A stretch of DNA of 64,000 bases, from contig NC_086124.1 in NCBI RefSeq assembly GCF_963921235.1, positions 18,786,001 to 18,850,000 on the forward strand, given 5' to 3'. The stretch is from Mobula hypostoma. Taxonomy: Eukaryota. The notes under the pieces were generated by a model. That model was not told the DNA's origin. It ran no database searches and saw only the letters and a program-made list of their open reading frames with translations. This document shows positions 51,621-64,000 of this stretch, one piece after another (the first letter of the stretch is position 1; every line of letters begins with the position of its first letter). Position numbers and translations under genes: made by a program.

Positions 51621-53104
51621 GTGTTTTGGTCACAGGGTGTTTTAGTCAAGAGGGATGGTAGAGAGGGGTGAGAGGGTGAGGATGGAGAGATGGGGATGAA
51701 TGGTAGAGGGGTGATAAGGGGAGAGATGGGGAAGAGGGGGAAGGGAGCAGAGGTGGGAGGGATGGAGAAGGAGAGAGAGAAGATTAGTACAGGGGAGCAG
51801 GAAGTGCAGAGAAGGGCACATGATGGCTAACAGGAGCTGTTGGCAGCTCACATTGTAGGGCAGCACAGGACAAGGTCCTTTTGCCCATCATATCTAGACA
51901 GAGTCACAAAGAATGGAAACTGGCCCTTCAGCCAAATTCATCCCTGCTATGCAATACGTCCATCTAAGTTTGTCTCCTTTGCCCCATATTCTTCTGTCTC
52001 TTTCCTACACTTGTTTCTGTCCAAGTTTCTCTTACATGCTGTTACCGTAGCTGCCTCAATCACTTCCTCTGATAGCTTGTCAAAAATAGGCACCACCCTT
52101 TATCTTAAAAAGCAAGTTGTCTCTCAGTTCTTATATTAAATCTCTGCCCTCTCATGCTAAACCTGTGTCCTCTAGTTCTTGATTCCCCAACCCTGGAAAA
52201 TAGGATAATTTACAAATTACTATTTAATTATTTATGGTGCAACTGTAACGAAAACCAATTTCCCCCAGGATCAATAAAGTATGACTATGACTATAGACTG
52301 TTCAATCTATGCTCCTCCTGATTGTATACACCCGACCACTCACGAGGTCAAATTAATCTAATCCCTCAACCTCCTTCCATTTCCTGCACAATCACGTGCC
52401 TGTTGTATGCTGCTTTTGTATCTGCCTCTACCATCAATGCAGGGCATTCCAGATACCCACCACCCTCTGTGTAAAAAAAACTTGCCCTCTAGTACTCAAC
52501 ATTTCGACCCTGGAGAAAAAGATACTCGTTATCTACTCTGTCAACGCCTCTCATAATTTTATGAACCTCTATCAGATCTCCCCCCAGCCTCTGCTGCTCC
52601 AGAGAAAACAACCCAAGTTTGTCTGACCTCTCCTTATGGAGAAGAGAGAAGTCGGAGCAGGAGGTACATGCTCTCAAATCCAGGCGGCATCCCAGCGAAC
52701 CCCTTCTGTACCCTCGTCAAATTCTCCACCTCCTCCCTGTGATGGAGGTGACCAGAACTGAATGCAATAATCCAGATGCGGTCTAACCAGCACCTTGTAA
52801 AACGGAAGGGACCACACTAGGCATATTGCGTATAGTTCTGTGGGAAAGACCAGATTAAGCTGGAAAGGATGCAAAAGAGATTTTAGAATCATAGAAAAGT
52901 ACAGCACAGAAACCCTTTGGTCCATCTAGTCAGTGCTGAACCATTTAAACTACCTACTTCCAGACACCTGCACCAGAACCATAGCCCTCCATACCTCTAC
53001 ATTCATATACCTATCCAAACTTCTCTTAACCATTGAAATCGAGCACTTCTTGGGTTGACAGCTCATTCTGATCTTCAGATTCATGAGGGTATTCCTGAAA
53101 CTGG

Positions 53105-53745
53105 TGGTCCAGCACTCCCTGTACTGTCTCCTCTATATCGGTGAGACTCAACATACCGTAGATTGCGGACCGCTTTGTCAAGCACCTTTGCTCCATCCTC
53201 AACAAGCAGGACTTCCAAGTGGCCAACTGTTTTAATTCCAATCCCCATTCCAATTGTGACATGTCGGTCCATAGCCTCCTCTACTACCGCGATGAGACTA
53301 CCTCATATTCCATCTAGGTAGCCTTCAACCTGACAGTAAGAACATCAATTTCTCTATTTTCCAGTAATTCTTCCCCCTCCTGCTTCTCTTTTCTCCCATT
53401 CCCCATTCTGGCTCCCTTCTTACCTTTTCTCCTCTTCTCACTTGCCTTTCATGTTCCCCTGGTGCCCCTCCTCTTCCCTTTCTCCCATGGGCCGCTCTCC
53501 TCTCCTATCAGATTCCTTCTTCTTCAGCCCTTTATCTTTTCCATCTATCACGTCCCAGCTTCTCACGTCATCCCCCTCACCTGGTCTTAGCCATCACCTG
53601 CCAGGTTGTGCTCATTCCCCTTCCACCTTCTTATTCTGGACTCTTAACCCTTCAATTCCAGAGTCTCAGCTCGAAAAATCGACTGTTTGTTCTTTTCCAA
53701 AGATGCTGCCTAACCTGCTGAGTTCCTCTTGTTCTTGTATGTGTT
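53105..53745 (+). mobile_element. Older Penelope-like 3' fragment with GIY-YIG remnant
   Basis: LLYIGETQ at 53128-53151, later YLIFHLGSLQPD; degenerate hammerhead near 53655-53685. Ends approximate. Confidence 0.7.
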
Positions 53746-55143
53746 TCTCTGGAGGGCTTGATTTACAAGAAGAGAGTTGATAGGCTGGGACCGTTCAGGA
53801 GAGAGTGGATATGTTGGGACCATTGTCTACAATATCTACACCTCTCATAATCTTATAAAACTCTTGTCAGGTTTCCCCTCAGTCTCCTCTGCTCCAAAGA
53901 AAACAACACAAATTTGTTCAACCTCTCCTTATAAGGTAAGATTGGATAGGTTAGGACTTTATTCCTTGGAACATAGAAGATTGAAGGGAGATTTGATACA
54001 GGTTTACAAAATTATGAGGGGTTAGATAGCATAAATTTACGCAGGCTTTTTCCACTGAGGTTGGGTGGAAGGTGAAAAGTTTAAGGAGAACCTGAGGGCG
54101 TCAGAGTGTGGCATGAGCTGCCAGCACAAGCGGTGCATGCAAGCTCAATTTCAACATTTAAGAGAAGTTTGGATAGGTACGTGGCTGGTAGGGACATGGG
54201 GGGCTGCAGTCCTGGTGCTGGTCGATGGGAGTAGGCAGTTTAAATGGTTCGGCATGGACTAGATAGGCCAAAGGACCTGTTTCTGAGCTGTACTTTTTTA
54301 AGGCTATGACTAATGCCCTCTAATCTAGGCAGAATCCTGGTGGACCTCCTGCTGTGGACAGGGAGGCAATGGGAGGGGGCAGAGTTACAGGTTGGTGGTG
54401 GGGAGAGGGGGCAAGAGCCTGCATTCTTGGTAGGGTAGTACCAGCGGTGTGTGTGCCAGCACCAATCCAGTCGTGATTTATCTGGACCAGCACATCGATG
54501 AGATGTGGGAAGAGTCATCACGGTAGGGAGGGCGGGGGAGGGGGGAAAGAATGGACAGTGAGCCTTGCCCATCTCACAAGAAGAGGGGTCACGGGATAAG
54601 AGTAGACAGTCAGCATCTTTAAGACGGTCAGGGTCTTGCATTTAAGGTGAAGGGGGAAAGGTCAAAGGAGATGTGCTGGGAAAGTATTTTTTTCAAAAAC
54701 ACAGAGTGGTGAGTGCTGGGAATGCGCTGCCAGGGGCGCTGGAGGAAGCAGATATGGTTCAAGAGGCTGTTAAGATGGACATATGGATGAGCAGGGAATG
54801 GAAGGCAATGGACATCATGTAGGAAGAAGGGATTAGTCTAGTTAGGCCATTTACTTACTAATTTAACTAGTTTGGCAAAACATCCTGTCCTGTACTGTTA
54901 AACTATGCACAGTCTCAGCTTACGTGCCACGTGCACCATCAGCTCTGCCTTCATGCCTTCATCTCCACGTATGCCCCTCATCTTATCAAGTACTCCCTCC
55001 GATCCGCAAGCGCACCACCTCATCATTGCACGTGACCCACATCCCACATCCTCCCCTGCCCTATCTCTGCATCCAGCCTCCCAGCTCTTTTGGGGACTGA
55101 CACGTGCGGCAAGGAAGGTAGGTGTCAAGGGGAGGAGGAGTAC

Positions 55144-55269
55144 CTGCGTTTGTCCCACCAGATAGCTGCCAGCCCCTCAGACAGGAGAGCTGCCATCAGC
55201 ACGTTGACGTCATAGTTGCCGGTGCCCAGCATGCTGCGGTGGGGGTTGAGCATGGCGTCCGGGGACAGC
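55144..55269 (-). CDS. JOSD2: JOSD2 coding exon 2 ([42 protein letters not shown])
   Basis: 126 nt with cttacag acceptor and AG|GTAC donor, phase 2/2. Carries the Josephin GNYDVNV and WWDKRR motifs. Confidence 0.95.
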
Positions 55270-55795
55270 CTGTAAGGGTGGAGAGACCAGATCTTGTCTG
55301 ACAAATCTCTTCAAATTCTTTAGAGGTGAGACCCAGTGTATGGATGCAATCTCAAGGAAGGCATGCCAGTGTCTTCACTTTCTTAGGAGGTTAATGATAT
55401 TCTGTTGAAAGTATCCTGACTGGTTGCTTCACAGTCTGGTAGGGCAATTCGAATGCACCGGATCACAAGAAGTTACAGAGATTGGTGAACTCAGCCAAAT
55501 ACGTCATGGGCACATCCATTTCCAGCATCAGTAGTATCCGCAGGAGGCGTTGCCTCAAGACGACAAAAGCTGACACATCCACCATCAAAGATTGCCACCG
55601 TTGGGGCCATACCATCTTCTCACAGCTACCTTCAGGAATGAGGTACAGAAGCCTAAAGACCCACACCAGGTTCAGGAACAGCTACTTCCCTTCAACCATC
55701 GGTCTCTTGAACCAACTGGCAAAACTCTAACCCCACAATTTAGCAACAGTATGACCACAGTGAACAACCTCCACTGAAATGGACACTTTATTGTT

Positions 55796-56365
55796 ATGTC
55801 TATATGTCTATTCACAGCCTCCTCTACTGTAAAGATGAAGCCACAGTCAGGTTGGAGGAACAACAGCTTATATTCCGTCTGGATAACCTCCAACCTGATG
55901 GCATGAACATTGACTTCTCTAACTTCCGCTAATGCCCCGCCTCCCCCCCCGTACCCCATCCATTATTTATTTATATACACACATTCTTTCTCTCTCTCTC
56001 CTTTTTCTCCCTCTGTCCCTCTGACTATACCCCTTGCCCATCCTCTGGGTTTTTCCCCCCTCCCCCTTTTCCTTCTCCCTGGGCCTCCTGTCCCATGATC
56101 CTCTCATATCCCTTTTGCCAATCACCTGTCCAGCTCTTGGCTCCATCCCTCCCCCTCCTGTCTTCTCCTATCATTTTGGATCTCCCCCTCCCACTCCAAC
56201 TTTCAAATCTCTTACTAGCTCTTTCTTCAGTTAGTCCTGACGAGGGTCTTGGCCTGAAACGTCGACTGTACCTCTTCCTAGAGATGCTGCCTGGCCTGCT
56301 GTGTTCACCAGCAACTTTGATGTGTGTTGCTTGAATTTCCAGCGTCTGCAGAATTCCTCGTGTTT
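55796..56365 (+). mobile_element. 5'-truncated Penelope-like retroelement: endonuclease C-terminus, pyrimidine-rich UTR, hammerhead at about 56231-56268
   Basis: Translates LLYCKDEATVRLEEQQLIFRLDNLQPDGMNIDFSNFR*. Flanked by ACTTTAT(T/C)GTT at 55785-55795 and 56366-56376. Confidence 0.8.
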
Positions 56366-57519
56366 ACTTTATCGTTCTAATTGTTTTCTCCTGTAAAAAC
56401 TTACAGTATGTTTAATTTATGCTTTTCTTGTGAATGTTGCTTCTGCTTTATGATGCTATATTTATTATTAGTATTGAATCAGAATCTCAGAGCTGCCTAT
56501 GATGATTTTGATAATAATTTTTACTTCGAATTTTGAATTTTCAGAATTTGGCATATGCTATGAATTTTTTTGTTTTGCTGCAGCAGTACATTATAATACT
56601 TAATAATAAAAACTATAAATTACAGTAAGTATATATAAAAAATAAGTACTGCAAAAAAGAGAGGAAAAATAATACTGAGGTTGCGTTCATTGTCCATTCA
56701 GAAATCTGATGGCGGAGGGGAAGAAGCTGTTACTGAAATGTTGAGTGTGTGTCTTCAGACTCCTGTACTTCCATCTTGATGGTGGCAGTGAGAAGAGGGC
56801 ATGTCCTGGGTGAAGGGGGTTGTTCATGATGAATGCCGCCTTTTTGAGGCATCGCCTCTTGGAAGGTGTCCTGGATACTGGGGAGGCTAGTGCCCATGAT
56901 GGAGCTGGCTGAGTTTACAACCCTCTGAAGCTTCTTCCGATCCTGTGCAGCGACCCCCTCCATACCAGGAGTTGACACAACTAGTAAGAATGCTCTTCAC
57001 GGTACAACCGTAGAATATTGGAATTGATTTATTCTCTCAGGTAGAGATACAGAGAAAAGCTCATCTTGGACTCTGTTTATACAGATCAGATCATTACACA
57101 GGCAATTGACGTAGAACATAGCAAAACAATAACAGAATGCAGAATAAAGTGTAACAGAGAAAGCGCACTGCAAGTAATCAATGAGGTGGAAGGTTTACAA
57201 TGAGATAGATTGTGAAGTCAAGAGTCCATTTTATCAAAGTAGGGAACCATTTAATAGTTCAATAACAGCTGGGTAAAAGCTGTCCTTGAACTTGGTGATA
57301 CGTGCATTTATATCATCTGCCCAATGGGAAGAGGGGAGAAGAGAGAATGTCCGGGGTGGATGAGGGCTTTAGGTATGTGGGCCGCTTTACCGAGAAATAT
57401 ACACAAGAGTGGACAGAGGGGAAGCTGGTTTCCATGATGGCCCTGAGATGCTGCTGCAACTCAGTTTTTCATTGCACCTGTGAATACATGTACTTGTGCA
57501 TATGACAATAAACTCAACA

Positions 57520-58400
57520 GTTGCAGGAAAATTGCTGGAGAAAATTATTCAGAATAGGATATATGAGCATTTGGAAACCCATGGTCAAATTTGGGACTGC
57601 CAGCCTGGCTTTATGCGGGGCAGGCCATGCATTACCAACTCAATTGAGCTTTTTGACAAGGGGACGAGAGAGATTTATGACAACGGATGTTGTCTACATG
57701 GATCTTTGTACGGCAATTGACAAAGTCCCTCATGGGAGGCTAACCCACAAGATTAAGATGCATAGGATCTGCATCAAATTGGTTGTTTGGATTCAGAAGT
57801 AGCTTGCACATAGAAGACAGAGGGTTGTGGTTGTGAGTTCCACGGGGATCCAGTTCAAGGACCAGAATATAGAAGCAAGAGGTACTACAGAGATTTTGTA
57901 AGGCATTGGTCAGACCACATCTGGAGGATTGTGAGCAATTTTGGGCTTCGTAGCTATGGAAGAGGATCCAGATGAGGTTCACAAGAATGATCCCGGAATG
58001 AAAGGCTTAACATATGAGGAGCGATTGATGTCTCCGGGCCTGGCCCTGTACTCAGGAGAGAGATATCACTCAAACCTACCTAATATATATATTTTGTGCA
58101 TATTATTATTATTATTATTCTCTACTTCATTATTAGTTATTATAATTTATTATTATTGCTAAGTGTGTTTTAAATGTTGCTGCTGTAACGAATAACTTTC
58201 TGCTCAGGATCAATAAAGTATTTAGTATTATATTGACAGGTCTGGATCAAGTGGACATGGAGTGGATGTTTCCATCAGGAGGAGTCTCAGATCCAAGGGC
58301 ACAACCTCACAATAATGGGCCATCCCTTTAGAACTGAGATGTGCAGGAATTTATTCAGTTAGAGGGTCATGAACCTTTGGAAGTTTTGCCTCCCATTAGC
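57520..58400 (+). mobile_element. Degenerate CR1 fragments
   Basis: AGKLLEKII, DVVYMDLCTAIDKVPHGRL, CR1-like 3' segments. Ends approximate. Confidence 0.75.
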
Positions 58401-58429
58401 CCACACTGCCCTCCCTTACCCCTCATCCA

Positions 58430-59390
58430 CCCTTCCGATCGCTCCCCCTTACCTTTTCACACTTCCATTGGCTTCCCTACAATTGTTTTTCCTTACCCCC
58501 CTCCAATCCTCCCCTCTACCAACTTCCATTGGCTCCCCTTTCTCCCCCTCCTGTTGGCCTTCCTCTCCCCCCTCCAACCCCTCCCATTAGCCTTCTCTTC
58601 CCCCTTCCATCTGCCCTTCCCATTGGTCCTCCCTTCTCTCCCATTAGCCTCCCTTACTCACTTCCCCCTCCCATTGGCCTCCCTTTACCCCCTTCCCCCT
58701 CCCACTGGCCTTCCTTATCCCCTTTCTCCTCCCATTGGTCTCCCTTCCCCCCTTCCCCCTCCCATTGGCCTCCCTTACCCCCTTCCCCCTCCCATTGACC
58801 TCCCCTACCCCCTTTCCCCTCCCATTGGCCTCCCTTACCCCCTTCCCCCTCCTATTGACCTCCCCTACCCCCTTTCCCCTCCCATTGGCCTCCCTTACCC
58901 CCTCCTATTGACCTCCCCTACCCCCTTTCCCCTCCCATTGACCTCCCCTACCCCCTTTCCCCTCCCATTGACCTCCCCCTACCCCCTTTCCCCTCCCATT
59001 GACCTCCCCCTACCCCCTTTCCCCTATTGACCTCCCTTACCCCCTTCCCCCTCCTGACCTCCCTTACCCCCTTCCCCTCCCAGTGGCCTCCCTTACCCCC
59101 TTACCCCTCCCATTGGCCTCCCTTACCCCCTTCCCCTCCCATTGGCCTCCCTTACTCCCTTCCCCTCCCATTGGCCTCCCTTACCCCCTTCTCCTATTGG
59201 CCCGCTCTAACCCTATTCCCCTTCCTATTGGCTGTCCTTACCCCTTTCCCCGCCCCTTCCGTATTCCCCTTCCTCTTCCCTCCTCCCTTTGGTCACCATT
59301 CGCTCCTTCCCATTGGCCCCTTTCCCTACGTCCCCTCTTTCTATTGGTCTTTCCAAAAACTTTCCTCCTACTACCGCTTTCTTATTGGCC
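58430..59390. repeat. Pyrimidine-rich minisatellite, unit about 30 bp, containing ATTGG
   Basis: Repeated CCCATTGGCCTCCCTTACCCCCTTCCCCT. Confidence 0.92.
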
Positions 59391-59960
59391 CCGCCCCACA
59401 CGACCCGACCCCACTAACCGCCATCACTTTCGCGGGCGGTTGCCAGGTTACCTGTAGCACAGACGGTCCAGCTCATCCTTGCCGAAGGCGCAGCGTTGTA
59501 GCAGGTTGTTGAGCGCGTGCGCGGCACACAGTTCGAGCCGCTGGCGCTCGTGATAGAGCGGCCGGGCCGGGGCCGTAGTCGGCGGCTCCGACATCCCTGA
59601 CGGGCCTCCCCCCGCCTCAGGAGAGGTAAACACGCTCGCGTCCCGGCCCCACCTCGTCGTTTCTTCCTTCTTTCCTGCCGTAAATCCGCCACCAAATCGC
59701 AGTCCCACTGTATGGACGGGGCAGGCGGCGGCAATGAATGGCCCCCGCCCACACCGCGCAGCCACCTTGTAACGAGGAGGACTAGCTGGGGTGCCGGCTG
59801 TCTACCATGTGACGTCGGCACTGCGCAAGTGCTGTTGTCGAGGTGCCGGTGTATTGTTTCCCAGCTACAGCCACAGCGCAACCGCATTGGCAGAGTGAAC
59901 GGCCGCTGTCCGCACTGCGCAGCTGTAGTGGGAGAAGAGCCGGCAACAAGATTGAAGTTT
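59380..59960. promoter_or_regulatory. CpG island / promoter region of JOSD2
   Basis: High GC and CpG density around the first exon in an otherwise CpG-poor window. GC boxes (ccgccc) near 59390 and 59745; TGACG CRE half-site near 59810. Confidence 0.75.
59452..59594 (-). CDS. JOSD2: JOSD2 coding exon 1 (MSEPPTTAPARPLYHERQRLELCAAHALNNLLQRCAFGKDELDRLCYR), contains catalytic Cys
   Basis: The YHERQRLELCAxHALNN Josephin motif matches JOSD2. ATG at 59594; 143 nt, ending in phase 2 at an AG|GTAACC donor. Confidence 0.95.
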
Positions 59961-62900
59961 CAAATGCGACTTTGAGTTTATTATCATTAGTTCGTTTAAT
60001 TGTCATTCAACCATACATGAATACCTCCAAACGAAAAATTAGGATCTAAATATCATGAAAATTAGCTTTCTACAATAGCAGCACAATCCATGACAAACCA
60101 TAAACTGATGTACCCTTAAATTGTACATAATCCAGATAATTGAGGTGGCAGGTAATTTAGTGGTTGGCACAACACTTTACAGTACCAGCGAACTGCGTTC
60201 AATTCCCACTGATTGCTGCCTGTAAGGAGTCTGTACGCCATCCCTGAGAACGCGTGGTTTTTTTTTCCAGGTGCTCTGATTTCCTCCTACGGTCCAGAGA
60301 CATACCGGTTGGTAGCTTATTTGGTCATTATAAGTTGTTCCGAGATTAGGCCAGGGTTAAATCGGGAGATTGCTGGGCAGTGCAGCTCGAAGGGCTGGTA
60401 AGACCTATTCTGCTCTGTATCTCAATAAATAAATAATAAACTGAAGGTAAATGACAACAGAATCGGGTTTAATATCAATAGCATATGTTGTGAAACTTGT
60501 TAACTTTGCAGAAGCAATACAATGCAATACATAATAGAGAAAAACCTGAATTACTGTAAATAAGTAATGCAAAAATGTAGTTAGTGTTCATGGGTTCAAT
60601 GTCCATTCAGAAATCTGATGGAGGAGGAGAAGAAGCTGTTCCTCAGTAGTTGAGTGTGTGCCTTCAGGTTGCTGTACCTCCACCCTGATGGTAGCAATGA
60701 GAAGAGGGCTTGTCCTGGGTGATGGGGGTTCTTAATGATGGATGCCGCCTTTTTGAGGCATCGCTCCTTGAAGATGTCCTGGATACTACGGAGACGAGTG
60801 CCCATGATGGAGTTGACTGCGTAGACTGCAGAAAGTTGTCAATTGCAATCCTGTGCAGTGTCCTCCCACCCCACCACAGCCCCTAGCCCGTACCAGTCGG
60901 TGATACAGCTGGTTAGAATGCACTCTACAGTACATCTGTTGAAGAACATAAGAAATAGCAGGAGTCGGCCATCTGGTCCATCGAGCCTGCTCTGCCATTC
61001 AATAAGATCATGGGTGACTTGGCCATGGATTCATCTCCACCTACCTGCCTTTTTCCCATAACCCTTAACTCCCCTACTATGCAAAAATCTATCCAAACTT
61101 GTCTTAAATATATTTACTGAGGTAGCCTTCCACTGCTTTATTGGGCAGAGAATTTCACAGATTCACCACTCTCTGGGAAAGCAGTTCCTCCTCATCTCCG
61201 TTCTAAATCTACTCCCCAAAATCTTGAGGCTATGTCCCCTAGTTCTACTCTCACCCACTGGTGGAAACAACTTTTCTGCCTCTAAATTTGTGATTCCCAA
61301 TTTAACATTACTGTAAATTACAAATATAAATAAATAGAATAGGGAAAAAAGAAATGATGGGGTAGTTTAATGCGAAGGGTTACTTTACTTGTCAGTTGGA
61401 AGCCGCTTCTGCTGTGCTGGTTGTCAATTGGTCCACTTGAAGAATGGTGCAACTCTTTCCCATTGCTTGCCTTCGTATAAGATGATGAGAGACATTGATC
61501 GTGTGGATAGTCAGAGACTTTTTCCCGGGGCTGAAATGGCTAGCACGAGAGGGCACAGTTTTAAGGTGCTGGGAAGTAGGTATAGAGGAGATATCAGGGG
61601 TAAGTCTGTAATTTTTTAAAATGCAGAGAGTAGTGAGTGCGTGGAATGGGCTGCTGGCGACGGTGGTGGAGGCAGATATGATAGGATCTTTTAAGAGACT
61701 CCTGGACAGGTACATGGAGCTCAGAAAAATAGAGGGCTATGGGTAACCCTAGAAATTTGCCCTAGAGTCTTTAGTGATTCTCCTCAAACTCCTGATGAAC
61801 CTCTTTGTCAGCGTATGAAACTTTGGAATTGCCTCTTGCGATCCAATGCTTTGGAGCCTCCATACCAGGCAGTAATGCAACCAGTCAGAATGATCTCCAC
61901 ATTACATTTGTCAGAGTGCCCAACGTAGGGCACAGATGACAGTAGTTTCAGTGGTGCTACAACCAAAACCTTTCTGTCAACCTCATTAAAACCACAGAGC
62001 TGACCGTTGACTTCAGGAAATGAAAAGGGGATGAACATGTGCCAATCTACATTAGGGGAACTGTGATTGAGGGAGCCAGCAGTTTTAAACTCCTGAGCAT
62101 TAACACATCAGATGACCTGTCATGAGCTCAGCACTTAGATGTAATCACAAAGGAGGTGTGCCAGTGTCTTTACTTTCTTCAGAGGTTCCTGAATGTTATC
62201 ACCTCTGAGGATCTACCCTGGGCCCAGCATATCGATAAGCTACAAAGAAGGCTATATATAAAGTGGTTATATTTCATCAGGAATTTGAGGAGACTTGGTA
62301 TGTTACCAAAAACTTTTGCAAATTTCTGCAAATGTACAATGGAGAGCATTCTAACTGGCTGCATCACTGTCTGTTATAGGGAGGCATAGCACAGCATTGA
62401 AATAAGCTGCAGAAAGTTGCGAGCTCTGTCAGCTCCATCGTGGACAATAGCCTCCCCGGCGTCTAGGGCATCTTCAAGGAGCGATGCCTTAAAAAGGTGG
62501 TATCCATTATTAAGAATCCCCATCACCAAGGACATGCCGTCTTCTCATTGCTACCATCAGGGAGGATGTCCAGGAGCCTAAAGATGCACACTCAACAATT
62601 AATTCAGGAACAGGTTCTTACCCCTGCCATCAGATTTCTGAATGGACATTGAACCCATGAACACTACCTCACTTTTTTTCTTTTTTTGTTTCTCTTTTTG
62701 CATCATGTATTTAACTTTTTAAAATGTAGACTTGGTGTAATTTATAGTTTTTATTATTATGTATTGCATTGTACTGCTGCTGCATAACAACAAATTTCAT
62801 GACATGTTGGTGATGTAAAATCTGACGTGTCACTGAATACTTTAACAGATGTAAGTTTCCTGACTGTCGGGGACTGCAATTCAAATGCACAGGAAGCTAA

Positions 62901-64000
62901 GAAGCTGCAGAGAACAGTGAACTCTGCCAATGCATCATGGGGTACATCTTTCCCAACCCTAAAGAACGTGGAAACATTACAACACACAGCATTTTGCCCG
63001 CGGTATTTGTTTGTTTACAGTATTTATTTATTGAGATACAGCGCGGAATAGACCCTCCTGGCCCTTCAAGTCGCACCACCCAGCAACCCCCGGTTTAACC
63101 ACGGTGCAACTTGGCATCTCTTTAGACTGCAGGAGGAAACCAGTGCAGATGGAGAAAACCCACTCGGTTATGGGGATTTGGTACAAACCTCTTATAGACA
63201 ATGGTGGGAATTACACTCGGGTCGCTGGTACAGTAAAGCATTTTGCTAACCACTACGCTACTGTGCTGACCTATTAATCTACGCTAAGATCAATCTAAAC
63301 CTTCCCTCCTCCATTGCCCAACATCTTCCTATCATCCATGTAAGAGTTTTGTAAATGTTCCCTCTCTCAGCACCCTGGCAGGGTGAGGAATGCCCCAGCT
63401 CACTCAACCTTTCTTCATAAGGTATTCTTTCTAATCCAGTCACATCTGCACCCTGTCTAAAAACTTCCGCATCCTATAATAGGGCAATCAGAATTGAACA
63501 CAAAATATTCCACATTTGGGTTGTATAGAGCTGCAACATTACCTAATGGTACTTGAACTCAATCCTTCAAGTGATGAAGGCCAATACACACCTGAACAAC
63601 CCAATCAACTTGCGCGACAACTTTGAGGATTCTGTTCCTCCACACTGGCATTAATCCTGTTTAATTAGTCCTGTATTTTGTCTTCTGGATGGTCACTCCA
63701 AAGGGGATGGAATCATGGTGAGGGGTTGGGGTCTATCTCCCTCTGCTCTTTGAACATTCACAGGGACTCTAAAGCACATACAAGGGATACTTGTCTTTAT
63801 TATCTTTACCTGACTTGTCAGTGGGTTGTGGAGTTGGAGTTCCTTGTGGGCAGGAAGAAGGAGTTTGAATGACCCCCTGGGTTTACAGTAGAGATGTTTG
63901 AGGCCTAGTGTCCAGTCAAGTCCAGAGCTCAATGCCTAGTGTTCAATGACTGGCGTATCCTGGAATCGATGCCAAGGATCACGGCCCAAGGGTCAACTTG

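Noticed and set aside
49657-51661. Long ORFs of 658, 613, 306 and 280 aa
   Set aside because: Translations of a G-rich tandem repeat plus an N gap; only 49661-49855 is real coding sequence (JOSD2 exon 3).
58341-59512. Pro/Leu-rich ORFs of 152-229 aa
   Set aside because: Translations of the 30-bp pyrimidine minisatellite.
59712-59975. 87-aa plus-strand ORF suggesting a divergent gene at the JOSD2 promoter
   Set aside because: No recognisable homology or splice donor, and 60000-64000 appears to be repeats.

Overview
Repeat-rich vertebrate genomic DNA. The repeat content (CR1, Rex1/L2-like and Penelope-like elements, V-SINE/HE1-type SINEs) suggests a cartilaginous fish, probably a ray; this is an inference. 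Two spliced genes lie on the minus strand. (1) A complete JOSD2 (Josephin deubiquitinase) has 4 coding exons at 59594-47690, encodes 206 aa and keeps an intact Cys-His-Asp triad. (2) An RBFOX-family splicing regulator, best matching rbfox1l, has 9 coding exons at 32653-4830 (302 codons); its last exons were not found and presumably lie below position 1. Nearly everything else is transposon-derived, minisatellite or microsatellite sequence, with four N gaps. The most notable non-coding signals are self-cleaving ribozyme folds carried by retroelements. One is a 565-bp, TSD-flanked, non-coding RTE-type retroposon that begins at an HDV-like ribozyme with an unusual hairpin inserted in L3 (22696-23260). 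The other is a set of Penelope-derived minimal hammerheads with a palindromic stem III; two have intact cores and sit 592 nt apart on the sense strand of rbfox1l intron 1. A TIR/TSD-bounded Chapaev3-like DNA transposon relic is also present. All calls were made by eye from recalled family motifs; no searches or folding programs were run.
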